A DNA stretch of 63,639 nt, the filler included, from Octopus bimaculoides (taxonomy: Eukaryota): NCBI RefSeq assembly GCF_001194135.2. It is 8 parts of 7 records of this genome, joined end to end, with 100 filler letters (N's around TTAATTAATTAA, not from the genome) between each part and the next. Parts side by side here need not be neighbours in the genome. Positions count along the whole stretch, not along the records: positions 62,166 to 63,639 come from NW_026309667.1; 7 more parts are not named here. One strand, 5' to 3'. The number at the start of each line of letters is the position of its first letter. The stretch's first letter is position 1. Positions 63,179-63,639 of the stretch are shown here, one piece after another. The position numbers were made by a program, and so were the translations under genes. Below the pieces are notes generated by a model. That model did not search any database. It was not told the origin of the DNA and worked only from the letters and a program-made list of their open reading frames with translations.

Positions 63179-63334
63179 AAGTGGACATCAAAAAGATGAT
63201 GAAGTAGATTTTATTACATTGATGTAGACTGCACGTGCTTCTAATGAACTAAACTCTCTGTCTGTGTTTTGTTGTAGCAGTGGCTGGACTAGTTTCCTGC
63301 CACTAATTAATTCTTTGTTTGTCTTTTTGTACAG

Positions 63335-63548
63335 ACCACCGCGGTTAAAGAACATTGACCGGAGCAGTGCCACGCACATGTCAGTGACGGTCGGCAGTGT
63401 GACGGTGGTGATCACGGACTACCAGCCGAAGAAAGACCGACGGTCGTCAACGGACACTCAGAACGTCAGTCCTTCGGACAGCAGCGACACGTCGTCACCG
63501 ACCACAGCCAACGACTACCACGAGGACTCCAGCGTGGACAACAACTGA
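63335..63548 (+). CDS. RYBP/YAF2: RYBP/YAF2-like, last coding exon
   Basis: Acceptor TTTGTCTTTTTGTACAG, (R)PPRLKNIDRSSATHMSVTVGSVTVVITDYQPK...SVDNN*. This matches the RPRLKNVDRS.AQ.L.VTVG..TVIITDFK C-terminal motif of RYBP/YAF2. Confidence 0.9.
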
Positions 63549-63639
63549 GAATGAGTGCGAGAGGAAGCGGGTCGAGAGATAGACATAGATTATAGGGAGT
63601 GTGGTGGTGTTGCGAGTGAGAGACAGTGTGTGAGAGAGA

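Overview
AT-rich, repeat-saturated animal DNA with many N-gaps. The SINE families and (AT)n/(CA)n/(TAA)n microsatellite load look like an octopus/coleoid genome (inference from recalled repeat sequences). Seven 100-bp N44-TTAATTAATTAA-N44 linkers show the window is a join of eight independently assembled scaffolds, so adjacency across linkers is unproven. Two host genes are supportable: coding exons 1-3 of a CYP4V-like cytochrome P450 (+; 49696-49855, 54640-54752, 57533-57618) and the last coding exon of RYBP/YAF2 (+; 63335-63548). The rest is mobile-element debris: R4/Dong-like LINE fragments at (TAA)n, Tx1/L1-clade LINE fragments, mariner/Tc1/maT/hAT relics, a Penelope GIY-YIG fragment, a probable Polinton/Maverick relic, fold-back MITEs and two abundant tRNA-derived SINE families. 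The most interesting signal is an ORF1-only (RT-less) Tx1-like element in CYP intron 1. Its 3' end shares a small hairpin plus AATAAA, with compensatory stem changes, with a Tx1 LINE 3' end and a SINE 3' end in the same window. This suggests a LINE / half-LINE / SINE mobilisation trio. Most listed ORFs are microsatellite or N-gap artefacts. Repeat boundaries are read by eye and approximate.
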